Assembly: GCA_965230295.1 (NCBI GenBank)
Contig: OZ246001.1
Location: 288,001 to 352,000 of the forward strand
DNA length: 64,000 bases
Reading direction: 5' to 3'
From: Marinicella sp.
GTDB lineage: Bacteria > Pseudomonadota > Gammaproteobacteria > Xanthomonadales > Marinicellaceae
Both the position numbers and the translations under genes were made by a program. Shown here in pieces: positions 11,072 through 21,110 of this stretch (positions within the stretch are counted from its first letter, which is position 1; every line of letters starts with the position of its first letter). Under the pieces are notes generated by a model. It was not told the origin of the DNA. It ran no database searches and was given only the letters and a program-made list of their open reading frames with translations.

Positions 11072-13405
11072 ATGACCCTGTATTTATTGACATTATTTTT
11101 ACTGACTTTAAGCCATGCTTATTACCGTCTGCCCTTTTGGCTGTTATCAATATTTTGGTTTTTCACCCCATTTGTTTTTTATAAATTACAATTGATAACC
11201 AACACCCAAGGCATCATCACTTTGTTTTTACTCTTGAATGTGATGATCATCGGCAACCTAAGATACATCAGACGCTTATTCTTCACACTGCCCTTATTGC
11301 GGATTTTTAACAGCAAAGACCGCATCAATTGGCAACAGTTTGAACAAATTGATGATGGTTGGTTGGTCACTCCTTTTGAGAAATCACTGTACAACGGGCA
11401 ACCCAACTTTAAATTCGCAGAAACCCCAGTCAGCAACATTTCAGAACGGGCGCAGAATTTTGCCGCACAGCTGCTGCAAAGCAAAAACACCGACATCATA
11501 AAGTTCAGGCAGTCAATCCAACCAGAAAACTATTTGGGCATGGCCATTGAAAGCAGCTATGGTGGTCAATCATTCAACCGGCATGAATTGGCTTATGTGG
11601 TCAGCCAAGTGTCACAACTAGATCCTTTGATGGCATCCTTGATCGGAATTGTGAATACTGAATCAGTGATCAGCATCATTCAAAACCATGGCACCAAGGA
11701 ACAGAAGAAACAATACTTGCCGCAGTTTACTGCCGGTAAAAAACAGCCATTTTTGAACACCACATTTCTATACGAACTGTTGGAAAATGGAAAGTCTTCG
11801 ATTGAAGGCCGTATTGACATTGAAAGTCATCAACAACAATCCGTGCATGGGATCAGACTCAGCTTCACAGACATCATCATGCTGGGAACACCAGAATCCT
11901 CAGTGTTTTATCTGGCAGTTAATCTGACTGATTTCGCCAATGAGTTGAGTGACCGTACCAAACTGGGCACAGCCATGTGCATATTGGATGCCCAAACAGA
12001 CCGCATAGAAATCAAGGAAGGTAATGAAGCTTACAAAGGCCTGTTTCGTTACTACAGCTGTTCTGCACAAGACATTTTTATTCCTCTGACTCAAATTGTT
12101 GGTGGTTTTAAAAATGTTGATCAGGGCATCAAACAAATGTATTTAAAGCAAGCCGCGGCTGCGAGCATTTGGCCCGCTGCTGTTTCGAAACCAATCCATG
12201 ACAGCACCACCTACATATCATGGTATTTTGCCCACATCAAAAAACAAAATTCCAGAGCCCTGTTGAATTATCGTTTGGTACAGAAACAATTGAATCGCCA
12301 GTTCAGTCACCGCCAGCGGTTACAAAATATCCAACAAATGGCATTGATCAATGGCGACAACATGTTGATGAGTTACTCCAATATTTTGTTCAAAAACTCT
12401 ATTTTCGACATCAGCTTGCATCAATTAACTTGGCTGCGAACGGTGTTGGGGTCACATGCCCATCACATCAAAAGTGAAAACAACCTGAATCAGTATTTTC
12501 GGGTCAAACACTTGAGCATGGAACTGGATGGAAACAGTCATGAAATCAATCAGTTACCACTGATGAAAAAGGTCGCTCTGTCTGCCCACCCCTGGTACAA
12601 CAAAGAGGTGGATGTACTGAACAAAACCCACATTGACAGCAAAAAGTTGGATTTCTATTTATTCAAACACTTTGGCTACATAGCCAACAATCTGGCAAAA
12701 ATATGGGTCCATGCTGTCAGAACATCATGGCTGGGACGATTTATCTGGCCAAAATCGAAACATCAAAATTTAATCCGCAGGATGAGCAGCACTTATGCTT
12801 TCATTGCCGATTTATCGTTAATCAAATGGTCTTTGAAAACAGAAAACAACACCGAATTCACTGGCTTTTTGGCCCAATGTAACCAACAGCTGATCATACA
12901 AATGGCGGTGCTCAGGCAGTATCAAAGGAATCACAATGATGACAACACCAAGTTCATCCTCAAACAATCTTTGCGTGACAGCTTTTTCATCAGCCAACAA
13001 ACCATCAACAAATGCATCAACAGTGCATTTTCCAGGTTCTCGGCATTGTTGTTAAAAATCATGGTATTTCCACTGGGAAAACCGTTTCACCAGGCCAGTT
13101 TTGCAGCGCCCAAGAATTTGAACTTGATTGAAAGCACCACAATCAATAATTTAGCCAAACACAACAGCGTACTGGCACAGATTGCCCAGGCATCTGAACA
13201 ACTCAGTCACGTCCAAAACATAGAAAATGCAGTGACCAATGCCACTGGCTTGGCTTTGACCACAAAAAACTACCAGGTTTTGATCGATCGAACCCTGGCC
13301 GCTGGCATCATCAGTGTAGAACAAGCCGAACAGATCAGGTCGGCCTACGATGCCATCCATAACTTAGAACTAATTAACCATTTCGGAAACAAGCATGAAG
13401 ACTAA
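11072..13405 (+). CDS. highly divergent FadE-type acyl-CoA dehydrogenase homologue, probably catalytically inactive
   Basis: Collinear with long FadE: N-terminal TM region, YGGQSF, HGTKEQKKQYLP, DIFIPL..IVGG, HPW, VFPLG. FAD-binding and catalytic motifs are substituted. Confidence 0.75.
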   Translation: MTLYLLTLFLLTLSHAYYRLPFWLLSIFWFFTPFVFYKLQLITNTQGIITLFLLLNVMIIGNLRYIRRLFFTLPLLRIFNSKDRINWQQFEQIDDGWLVTPFEKSLYNGQPNFKFAETPVSNISERAQNFAAQLLQSKNTDIIKFRQSIQPENYLGMAIESSYGGQSFNRHELAYVVSQVSQLDPLMASLIGIVNTESVISIIQNHGTKEQKKQYLPQFTAGKKQPFLNTTFLYELLENGKSSIEGRIDIESHQQQSVHGIRLSFTDIIMLGTPESSVFYLAVNLTDFANELSDRTKLGTAMCILDAQTDRIEIKEGNEAYKGLFRYYSCSAQDIFIPLTQIVGGFKNVDQGIKQMYLKQAAAASIWPAAVSKPIHDSTTYISWYFAHIKKQNSRALLNYRLVQKQLNRQFSHRQRLQNIQQMALINGDNMLMSYSNILFKNSIFDISLHQLTWLRTVLGSHAHHIKSENNLNQYFRVKHLSMELDGNSHEINQLPLMKKVALSAHPWYNKEVDVLNKTHIDSKKLDFYLFKHFGYIANNLAKIWVHAVRTSWLGRFIWPKSKHQNLIRRMSSTYAFIADLSLIKWSLKTENNTEFTGFLAQCNQQLIIQMAVLRQYQRNHNDDNTKFILKQSLRDSFFISQQTINKCINSAFSRFSALLLKIMVFPLGKPFHQASFAAPKNLNLIESTTINNLAKHNSVLAQIAQASEQLSHVQNIENAVTNATGLALTTKNYQVLIDRTLAAGIISVEQAEQIRSAYDAIHNLELINHFGNKHED

Positions 13406-15761
13406 AAACATCAAAAAAGTGGCCATCCTGGGCGCTGGTGTGATGGGCGCTCAAATTGCAGCCCATTTTGCCAATGCAGGGATACCGGCCATCCTATTTG
13501 ACCTGGCCGCCAAAGAAGGTCCAAAGAATGGCATTGTCAATAAAGCCTTAGCCACCTTGAAAAAATTGCGCCCTGCTCCATTGGGTGACAGCCAAGTGAT
13601 TTCACTGATTGAACCAGCCAATTATCAAGATGATCTGGAAAAACTAAAACAAGCTGATTTGATCATTGAAGCTGTGGCAGAGCGCATGGACATCAAAAAA
13701 TCAGTGTATGACATGGTTGAGGACTACATCAATGAGGACGCCATCTTTGCCACCAACACGTCCGGATTGAGCATCAATGAACTGGCCACCGTACTGCCCG
13801 CTTCATTACAAAGTAAATTTTGTGGCGTTCATTTCTTCAACCCACCTCGTTACATGCACTTGGTTGAAATCATTCCCACCAACAACACCAACCAACAAGT
13901 GGTCAGTGACTTGGAAGCCGTACTGACAACGGTGGTAGGTAAAGGCGTTATCATCGCCAAAGACACGCCCAACTTCATAGCCAATCGCATTGGCGTTTTC
14001 TCCATTGTCTCTACCATGCACCACGGCGCGCAATTTGGCATTCCTTTTGAAACCATCGATGCCTTGACTGGCGTGCTGATTGGCCGACCTAAATCCGCCA
14101 CTTTCAGAACCGCTGATGTGGTGGGATTAGACACCTTGGCCCACACCATCAACACCATGAAAAATGGTTTACCTGATGATCCGTGGCATGCCCATTTTGA
14201 GCAACCTGCGTGGATGTCTGCCCTGATCGAAAAAGGTGCTTTGGGACAGAAAACAGGTGCTGGCGTTTACATGAAAAAAGGCCGTGACATTTTGGTACTG
14301 GACACTGAAAAAGGTGAATACAGGGCTCAGCATGTAGAGATTGACCCACGCGTGATGGAAATCATGAAGAAAGGTAATCCACAAGATCGCTTGAGTGATT
14401 TACAAGCCTTAACAGATTCGCCACAAGCCCAATTTTTGTGGTCTATCTTCAGGGACCTGTTCCATTATTGTGTCACCCAATTGGAGCACATTGCTGATAC
14501 GGCACGTGACATTGACTTTGCCATTCGGTGGGGCTTTGGTTATGGTCAAGGACCTTTTGAAACTTGGCAAGCCTCCGGTTGGAACCGCATCGTTTCGTTG
14601 ATCGTTGATGACATTGATGCCGGTAAAACCATGGCTTCATCACCGATGCCTGGCTGGGTGATGAAAGTAGATGGCGCACACACAGCAGATGGCTCTTACT
14701 CTGCTGCAGAAGGCAGTTTCAAACCGCGATCAACCGCTCCGGTGTATCAACGTCAGGCGTTCCCTGAGCTGCTGATTTCAGAGCAAGCCGATTACGGCGA
14801 AACCATCTTTGAAGACGATGACATCCGTATTTGGCATCAAGGTGATGAGATTGCCATTGCCAGCTTCAAAACCAAGAAACACATCATCGCTGAAGGCGTA
14901 TTGAAAGGGCTGAGAAAAGCCGTGGCGATTGCTGAACAAGACTACAAAGGCCTGATCGTGTGGCAAACCGAAGAGCCCTTCACTTTAGGGGCTAACCTGG
15001 CCCCAGCAGCCATGGCCATTGCCGATGGTCAGGTGGCAGCTGTTGAGCAATCAGTTGACTTCTTCCAACAAACCTCACAAACCCTGCGCTTCAGTGCAGT
15101 GCCTACCATCATGGCGACTCGAGGCATGGCCTTGGGGGGTGGTTGTGAATTTTCCATGAGCGCGACATCAGTGGTCGCTGCCTTTGAAACTTATATTGGC
15201 TTGGTTGAAGCGGGCGTTGGTTTGTTACCCGCCGGTGGTGGTCTGAAAGAAATCGCCCGCCGCACGGCCAAAGAATCATTTGGTCATGACCTGTATCCCA
15301 TGCTGGAACACTACTTCAAGAAAGTGGCCATGGCTGCCGTTGCCGGCAGTGCATTGGAGGCCAAAGAGATTGGTTTCCTGAAAGCCGATACTGAAGTGGT
15401 GATGAACGCCAAAGAAATCCTGCACGTGGCTAAAGCCAAGATCAATTACCTGCATGACAAGGGCTATGTACCACCGGCCAATGAACAAGCGATTCGCGTG
15501 GCAGGTGAGCCAGGTATTGCCAACATGGAAATGATCCTGGCCAACATGATTGAAGGCAACATGGTTTCTGAACATGATTGTGAAATTGCTAAACGCATCG
15601 CCATCGTGATGTGTGGTGGTTATGTGGACGCCGATTCATTGGTCACCGAGCAATATTTACTCGATTTAGAGCGCAAATACTTTATGGAGTTGATCCAGAT
15701 GCCTAAGACCTTGGCGCGGATAGAACACACTTTGAAAACCGGTAAACCCTTAAGAAACTGA
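13395..15761 (+). CDS. 3-hydroxyacyl-CoA dehydrogenase/enoyl-CoA hydratase (FadN/FadB-type)
   Basis: ILGAGVMG, TNTSGL, GVHFFNPPRYM and crotonase ALGGGCEF...IGLVEAGVGLLP. Confidence 0.93.
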   Translation: MKTKNIKKVAILGAGVMGAQIAAHFANAGIPAILFDLAAKEGPKNGIVNKALATLKKLRPAPLGDSQVISLIEPANYQDDLEKLKQADLIIEAVAERMDIKKSVYDMVEDYINEDAIFATNTSGLSINELATVLPASLQSKFCGVHFFNPPRYMHLVEIIPTNNTNQQVVSDLEAVLTTVVGKGVIIAKDTPNFIANRIGVFSIVSTMHHGAQFGIPFETIDALTGVLIGRPKSATFRTADVVGLDTLAHTINTMKNGLPDDPWHAHFEQPAWMSALIEKGALGQKTGAGVYMKKGRDILVLDTEKGEYRAQHVEIDPRVMEIMKKGNPQDRLSDLQALTDSPQAQFLWSIFRDLFHYCVTQLEHIADTARDIDFAIRWGFGYGQGPFETWQASGWNRIVSLIVDDIDAGKTMASSPMPGWVMKVDGAHTADGSYSAAEGSFKPRSTAPVYQRQAFPELLISEQADYGETIFEDDDIRIWHQGDEIAIASFKTKKHIIAEGVLKGLRKAVAIAEQDYKGLIVWQTEEPFTLGANLAPAAMAIADGQVAAVEQSVDFFQQTSQTLRFSAVPTIMATRGMALGGGCEFSMSATSVVAAFETYIGLVEAGVGLLPAGGGLKEIARRTAKESFGHDLYPMLEHYFKKVAMAAVAGSALEAKEIGFLKADTEVVMNAKEILHVAKAKINYLHDKGYVPPANEQAIRVAGEPGIANMEMILANMIEGNMVSEHDCEIAKRIAIVMCGGYVDADSLVTEQYLLDLERKYFMELIQMPKTLARIEHTLKTGKPLRN

Positions 15762-15774
15762 TAGGAGAATTAAC

Positions 15775-16974
15775 ATGAAACCAGTATATATAGTAGAAGC
15801 TGTCAGAACGCCTATCGGTAAAGCACCCAGAGGCATGTTCAACAAAACCCGCCCTGATGACCTTTTGGCCAGGTGTTTGTCAGAAATCATGGGTCGCAAC
15901 CCTTCCTTTGATCCAGCAACCATCGGTGATGTGGTGATTGGCTGTGCCATGCCAGAAGCCGAACAAGGCATGAACGTGGCACGCATCGCCGCCCTGCTCG
16001 CAGGCTTACCGGAAAGCGTGCCAGCCATGACCATCAACCGTTTTTGTTCTTCGGGGATTCAAGCCGTGGCCATCGCTGCCCAGCAAATTGCCACCGGACA
16101 AATGGATGCAGCCATCGCAGGCGGCACCGAAAGCATGAGCATGGTACCCATGATGGGTCACAAAGTGGCGATGAACCCGGCGGTGTTCGATGATGCCTGT
16201 GAAGTAGACAATGCCGTAGCAATTGCCTATGGTATGGGCATCACGGCAGAAAAAGTGGCCGAACAATGGCAAGCCTCACGTGAAGACCAAGACCGCTTTG
16301 CGGTGGAGTCACACAACCGTGCCATCAACGCCATCCAGAACGGTCATTTCAATGATGAAATCATCCCATATGAAATCACCAGCAAAAAGCCGGATTTCAA
16401 TAATGCTGGCAACATCATTTCCAAGCGCACTGTTGACACCGACGAAGGCCCAAGGCCAGGATCTTCGGAAGAAGTGTTGAACAAGTTGCGCCCCGTGTTC
16501 CGCATGGGTGGCTCTGTCACAGCCGGTAATTCATCGCAAATGTCAGATGGTGCCGGTGCCTTGTTATTGGTGAATGAAGAAGTGCTGAAGCGTGACAACT
16601 TGACACCCATTGCCATGTTCCATGGTTTTTCAGTGGCTGGTGTGCCACCTGAAATCATGGGTATCGGCCCAATCAAAGCGATTCCTAAGGTATTGAGCCT
16701 GACCGGCATCAAACAAGATGATTTGGATTGGATCGAGCTGAACGAAGCCTTTGCTGCGCAATCGCTGGCAGTGATTGGGGAGTTGGGTTTGAACCCAGAA
16801 AAAGTCAACCCCAATGGCGGTGCGATTGCTTTGGGTCATCCCTTGGGTGCCACGGGCGCCTGTCGAGCAGCCACGGCCATTCACGGCCTGCGCCGCACTG
16901 GCGGGAAATACGGCATGGTCACCATGTGTATTGGTACCGGTATGGGCGCAGCCGGTGTGATCGAAGCTTTATAA
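15775..16974 (+). CDS. fadA: acetyl-CoA C-acyltransferase (thiolase)
   Basis: INRFCSSG, NEAFA, GHPLGATG and CIGTGMG thiolase motifs. Confidence 0.93.
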   Translation: MKPVYIVEAVRTPIGKAPRGMFNKTRPDDLLARCLSEIMGRNPSFDPATIGDVVIGCAMPEAEQGMNVARIAALLAGLPESVPAMTINRFCSSGIQAVAIAAQQIATGQMDAAIAGGTESMSMVPMMGHKVAMNPAVFDDACEVDNAVAIAYGMGITAEKVAEQWQASREDQDRFAVESHNRAINAIQNGHFNDEIIPYEITSKKPDFNNAGNIISKRTVDTDEGPRPGSSEEVLNKLRPVFRMGGSVTAGNSSQMSDGAGALLLVNEEVLKRDNLTPIAMFHGFSVAGVPPEIMGIGPIKAIPKVLSLTGIKQDDLDWIELNEAFAAQSLAVIGELGLNPEKVNPNGGAIALGHPLGATGACRAATAIHGLRRTGGKYGMVTMCIGTGMGAAGVIEAL

Positions 16975-16995
16975 CTCGATCTCCAACAAGTCTTG

Positions 16996-17022
16996 AAAAG
17001 GCCGCAACAAGCGGCCTTTTTT
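16996..17022 (+). terminator. rho-independent terminator after fadA (A-tract on the other side makes it potentially bidirectional)
   Basis: AAAAGGCCGC-aacaa-GCGGCCTTTTTT. Confidence 0.85.
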
Positions 17023-17037
17023 GTTATGATCTTCAGC

Positions 17038-17691
17038 ATGAAAAGCTTGCTCATTATATTGTTCGTCATTGTGTCATTGCCTTTATTGGCTCAGATTGAA
17101 GACGGGCCTTCATTCAACCCAATGGAAATTGATCATTTGGAGCCCATTTCAAGTTACGGCTGGGTTGGCTTTGACTCTGAAATAATCACAGACAGTGACT
17201 TTTTGAATAAGGATGATTTTGTGATCTCACAACATTACCAACATTCTCACTGTGAATCTAATTTCATGATCTCTTTATTGGGGTCCAACAGCAATCGGGC
17301 ATCATTCAAAATTGCTTATACTTTTGCGACAAAGCCACTCAACAAAGCAAGGAAAAGACACATCAAAACAATACACAGGGCCGTATCATTGGAGACATCA
17401 AGTTTGATTCAAAATATGTATGAATTGGTCTTGATCAATACACGTTATTCCCCCAATGCGGATAATGTTTGGCTGCTGGATTGTGCAAACACACATCATT
17501 TTCATGGTCATGGTCCCAAATATAGGCCCATGTATGGAGGCACTGTGAGCCCCAGATCAGGTACACCCCCAGATTGGCTGATCCAGGCATCAAACCACAT
17601 GATTGCTTTTGTCAAAGAAGAAATTGATGAAATAAAATTAGCTTACCTGATCAATCAAGCAAAAAAATCAATTGGACGCTACAACAAATAA
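17038..17691 (+). CDS. hypothetical secreted protein
   Basis: Likely start MKSLLIILFVIVSLPLLA (Sec signal) downstream of the terminator; no family recognised. Confidence 0.6.
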   Translation: MKSLLIILFVIVSLPLLAQIEDGPSFNPMEIDHLEPISSYGWVGFDSEIITDSDFLNKDDFVISQHYQHSHCESNFMISLLGSNSNRASFKIAYTFATKPLNKARKRHIKTIHRAVSLETSSLIQNMYELVLINTRYSPNADNVWLLDCANTHHFHGHGPKYRPMYGGTVSPRSGTPPDWLIQASNHMIAFVKEEIDEIKLAYLINQAKKSIGRYNK

Positions 17692-17770
17692 AATATTGTT
17701 GATATTAATTGCACTTTTTAACACATTGGACTCATAATGATTGTTTTATAAGGAAATTTTGAGGTGCAAC

Positions 17771-19627
17771 ATGACTCAAGCCATCAATGACAATCAAATC
17801 AACAACCACATCACCAACGTCGCGCCTGACCTGCCGGATATTCGGGATTGGGTTTATCAACCGGCATTGGTTAACCTTAAAAGTCGTCTGGATCCACCAC
17901 GTAACTTACACATATTGGATCAGAAAACCGAAGCGGCTTGCACCGGTTTTGCCTTGGCAGCGGTGATCAACTACCTCAACCAACAGCGCGGTGAAGATGA
18001 CAAAAAAGTCTCCATGCGCATGCTCTATGAAATGGCTAAACGGCATGATGAATGGGAAGGTGAGGCCTATTCAGGGTCATCTTGTCGTGGTGCCATCAAA
18101 GGCTGGTACAACATGGGCGTAGCCGAGGAGTCATTCTGGTCATATGAAGCCAATAAGCCTGGGAATTACAGCGTCGATGCGGCCAAAGATGCCCGCTCCA
18201 ACACCGTAGGTGCCTACTACCGCTTGAATCATCGAGTTTCTGATTTTCATGCGGCATTGAATGAAGCCGGGGTGATTTATTGTTCAGCTCGGGTGCACCA
18301 AGGTTGGTCGCAAGAACACGTGAAAGACGGCATCATTAATGACAACAATGCTTTTGCCGGCAGTCATGCCTTTGCCATAGTTGGTTATGACGACCAAGGC
18401 TTTTGGGTACAAAACTCTTGGGGTGAAAGCTGGGGAAAAGATGGCTTAGCGATATGGACTTATGAAGACTGGCAGAAAAACATCCAAGATGCCTGGGTCT
18501 TGAGGCTGGCCCTGGAAACACCACAAATCTGGCATTTGGACCCAAAAAATCAAGCTTCCTATGCCTCAAAAATCATGAGCAGCAAAAAACCTAACCGGGC
18601 TGAATTGGCAGGTCATTTCGTCCACATTGATGATGGCAAATTTCATGATTCGGGTAAGTATTGGTCTAATCTGGATGACGTTAAAATCACCACCAACTTA
18701 TTGAAAGACTCCAAAGATTATGATCACATCCTGTTTTATGCCCACGGGGGCCTGAACAGCCCAGATGCCTCGGCCAAACGCATCAAGAGCATGAAAGAAG
18801 TGTTCAAAGACAACCGCATCTATCCGTATCATTTCATGTATGACACGGGCTTGAAGGAAGAGCTGAAGGACTTGATTTTCCGCAAGAAAGACCCGGTCGA
18901 AGACCGTGCTGGCGGGGTGACCGATGCCACTGACTGGTTGTTAGAGAAGATCACCCGCATCCCTGGACGGGCTTTTTGGCGCGAGATGAAAAGTGGCGCC
19001 AGGCTGCCATTCAACAAACCCGGTGCTGGCACTCAGGTATTGGAGCAGTTTGTAAAAGCCATACAACACAACAACCAAACCAGAGCTGCTGACAAACCCA
19101 TCAAACTCCATGTCATCGGTCACAGCACCGGTGCAATCTTATTGGGATGGTTGATGAACCGCATGAGTCAGTTACCCAGCAGCCAAAGGATCAGGGTCAA
19201 TACTGCGGCTTTAATGGCTCCTGCTGCCAGCATTGATTTTTATGCAGACCATTACCACGAAAGCCTGAAATCCCAAACCAAGACATACGGTATCGATGAA
19301 CTGTTCATTTATAACTTGAGTAAAAAACTAGAAAAAGACGACAGCGTGGGCCCTTACCGCAAATCGTTGTTATTTCTGGTTTCAAGGGCTTTTGAAGAAA
19401 AGAAAAAAACCCCTATTTTGGGCATGGAAAAATACGCCGGTAAGGTGCCCACTCACAACAAACTCAAACGCATCATTTCAGATGGGATCAATGGCAATGA
19501 AAACCTCAGCTGGAGTGAAACCCACGGAGGCTTTGACAACGATGTGCGCACCATGAACAGCTTGTTGAAGAATATCCTGAAAAAGCAACCCAAACGCTTA
19601 TTCACAGAATCCGATTTGGACTATTAA
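17771..19627 (+). CDS. papain-like C1 cysteine peptidase fused to a C-terminal alpha/beta-hydrolase domain
   Basis: DQ..EAACTGFA, HAFAIVGYD and QNSWG (C1 triad); AHGGLN, GHSTGA and HGGFDND (hydrolase). RBS GAGGT before ATG 17771. Confidence 0.85.
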   Translation: MTQAINDNQINNHITNVAPDLPDIRDWVYQPALVNLKSRLDPPRNLHILDQKTEAACTGFALAAVINYLNQQRGEDDKKVSMRMLYEMAKRHDEWEGEAYSGSSCRGAIKGWYNMGVAEESFWSYEANKPGNYSVDAAKDARSNTVGAYYRLNHRVSDFHAALNEAGVIYCSARVHQGWSQEHVKDGIINDNNAFAGSHAFAIVGYDDQGFWVQNSWGESWGKDGLAIWTYEDWQKNIQDAWVLRLALETPQIWHLDPKNQASYASKIMSSKKPNRAELAGHFVHIDDGKFHDSGKYWSNLDDVKITTNLLKDSKDYDHILFYAHGGLNSPDASAKRIKSMKEVFKDNRIYPYHFMYDTGLKEELKDLIFRKKDPVEDRAGGVTDATDWLLEKITRIPGRAFWREMKSGARLPFNKPGAGTQVLEQFVKAIQHNNQTRAADKPIKLHVIGHSTGAILLGWLMNRMSQLPSSQRIRVNTAALMAPAASIDFYADHYHESLKSQTKTYGIDELFIYNLSKKLEKDDSVGPYRKSLLFLVSRAFEEKKKTPILGMEKYAGKVPTHNKLKRIISDGINGNENLSWSETHGGFDNDVRTMNSLLKNILKKQPKRLFTESDLDY

Positions 19628-19667
19628 AAAAAGGAGGCCTGATGATCACCATGATCATTGGCCTCCT
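19626..19667 (-). terminator. terminator between the convergent C1 peptidase and amt genes
   Basis: AGGAGGCC...GGCCTCCT stem with inner TGATCA pairing, preceded by an A-run (U-tail on the minus strand). Confidence 0.7.
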
Positions 19668-19689
19668 GGACAGGACAAAAATAGTTAGG

Positions 19690-20919
19690 TCAGCTGTTGG
19701 TGAACTCTGGGTACGCCTCCATACCACATTCTGACATATCCACCCCTTCATATTCTTCTTCGGCTGTGACTCGGATACCAATGGTTTTTTTCAACAAAAA
19801 CCACACCACTGCACTGGTCACAAAAACCCAGATGAATATAGTCAACGCCCCAATGAGTTGACCGCTGAGTTTCACTTCAGCATTGGTCAAAGGCACCAAC
19901 ATCAAACCCAAAAAACCCACCACACCATGAACAGATATGGCCCCCACAGGATCATCCAGCTTTAATTTATCGAACATGATCACCGAGAGCACCACCAGCA
20001 CGCCACCCAAAGCACCGAACAGTGTAGCCAATGCGGGTGTTGGGGTTGAGGGTTCTGCTGTGATCGCCACCAATCCGGCCAATGCGCCATTGAGCGTCAT
20101 GGTCAAATCGGCTTTCCCAAACAACAACTTGGCAGTGACCAATGCGGCAATCAACCCCCCTGCCGCTGCCGCATTGGTGTTCATGAACACCACAGCAACG
20201 GCATTGGCGTTCTCGACCGAAGCCGTTGCCAAGACTGAGCCACCATTGAACCCAAACCACCCCATCCAGAGGATGAACGTGCCCAGTGTAGCCAAGGGTA
20301 AATTGGCACCAGGAATGGCTTTGACATGACCGTTGGCATCGTATTTACCAGCTCTGGGGCCTAACAACATCACTCCACTCAAAGCAGCAGCGGCGCCTGC
20401 CATATGGACAATGCCAGAACCGGCAAAGTCAGAAAAACCCAAGCCTTTGAGTGTGTACAGACCAAATACCGGACCTTCACCCCATGTCCAATACCCTTCA
20501 AGCGGGTAAATAAATCCTGTCAACACCACGGCAAAAACCAAAAAGGCCATCAGTTTCATCCGCTCTGCCACCGCCCCTGAAACAATGGACATGGCTGTGG
20601 CCACAAACACCACTTGGAAAAAGAAATCAGCCGATGGCGCATAAGTGTTTTCAGCCGCCACACCATCCCCTGTTATACCAGTGAGTAAGGCGTCACCCAA
20701 ATCTGGATACATGATGGCATAGCCAATCAGCATATACATGGTGCAAGATACGGCGAACAAAGCGACGTTTTTGGTCAAGATTTCGGTGGTGTTCTTTGAA
20801 CGCACCAAGCCAGCTTCCAACATAGAGAAGCCAGCGGCCATCCACATGACAAAGGCACCACAAATTAAAAAGTAAAACGTATCTAAAGCGTATTGAAGTT
20901 CGAATATTTGGTTTTCCAT
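19690..20919 (-). CDS. amtB: ammonium transporter (Amt family)
   Basis: FFFQVVF, SGAVAER, DFAGSGIVH, WMGWFGFNGGS and DDPVGAISVHG; RBS GGAG before ATG 20919. Confidence 0.92.
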   Translation of the reverse strand: MENQIFELQYALDTFYFLICGAFVMWMAAGFSMLEAGLVRSKNTTEILTKNVALFAVSCTMYMLIGYAIMYPDLGDALLTGITGDGVAAENTYAPSADFFFQVVFVATAMSIVSGAVAERMKLMAFLVFAVVLTGFIYPLEGYWTWGEGPVFGLYTLKGLGFSDFAGSGIVHMAGAAAALSGVMLLGPRAGKYDANGHVKAIPGANLPLATLGTFILWMGWFGFNGGSVLATASVENANAVAVVFMNTNAAAAGGLIAALVTAKLLFGKADLTMTLNGALAGLVAITAEPSTPTPALATLFGALGGVLVVLSVIMFDKLKLDDPVGAISVHGVVGFLGLMLVPLTNAEVKLSGQLIGALTIFIWVFVTSAVVWFLLKKTIGIRVTAEEEYEGVDMSECGMEAYPEFTNS

Positions 20920-21110
20920 GGGCTCCTCTTTTGTTTTTTTCCATTGTAAAAACCCAGCTGTGCTTATGTACATCCGTTGAATTGCGTATGTTTAAATTCT
21001 GCCGATAATAAAAACCCTTAAAGAACAACGCATAAATCATTGACCCGGCAACGTTGATTCAAACCGATCTAATCATTATCATAGGCTTTTGTTATTTTTG
21101 AGGTACAACG

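Noticed and set aside
19690-20919. amt without an adjacent glnK
   Set aside because: Stand-alone second Amt paralogues of this type are common.
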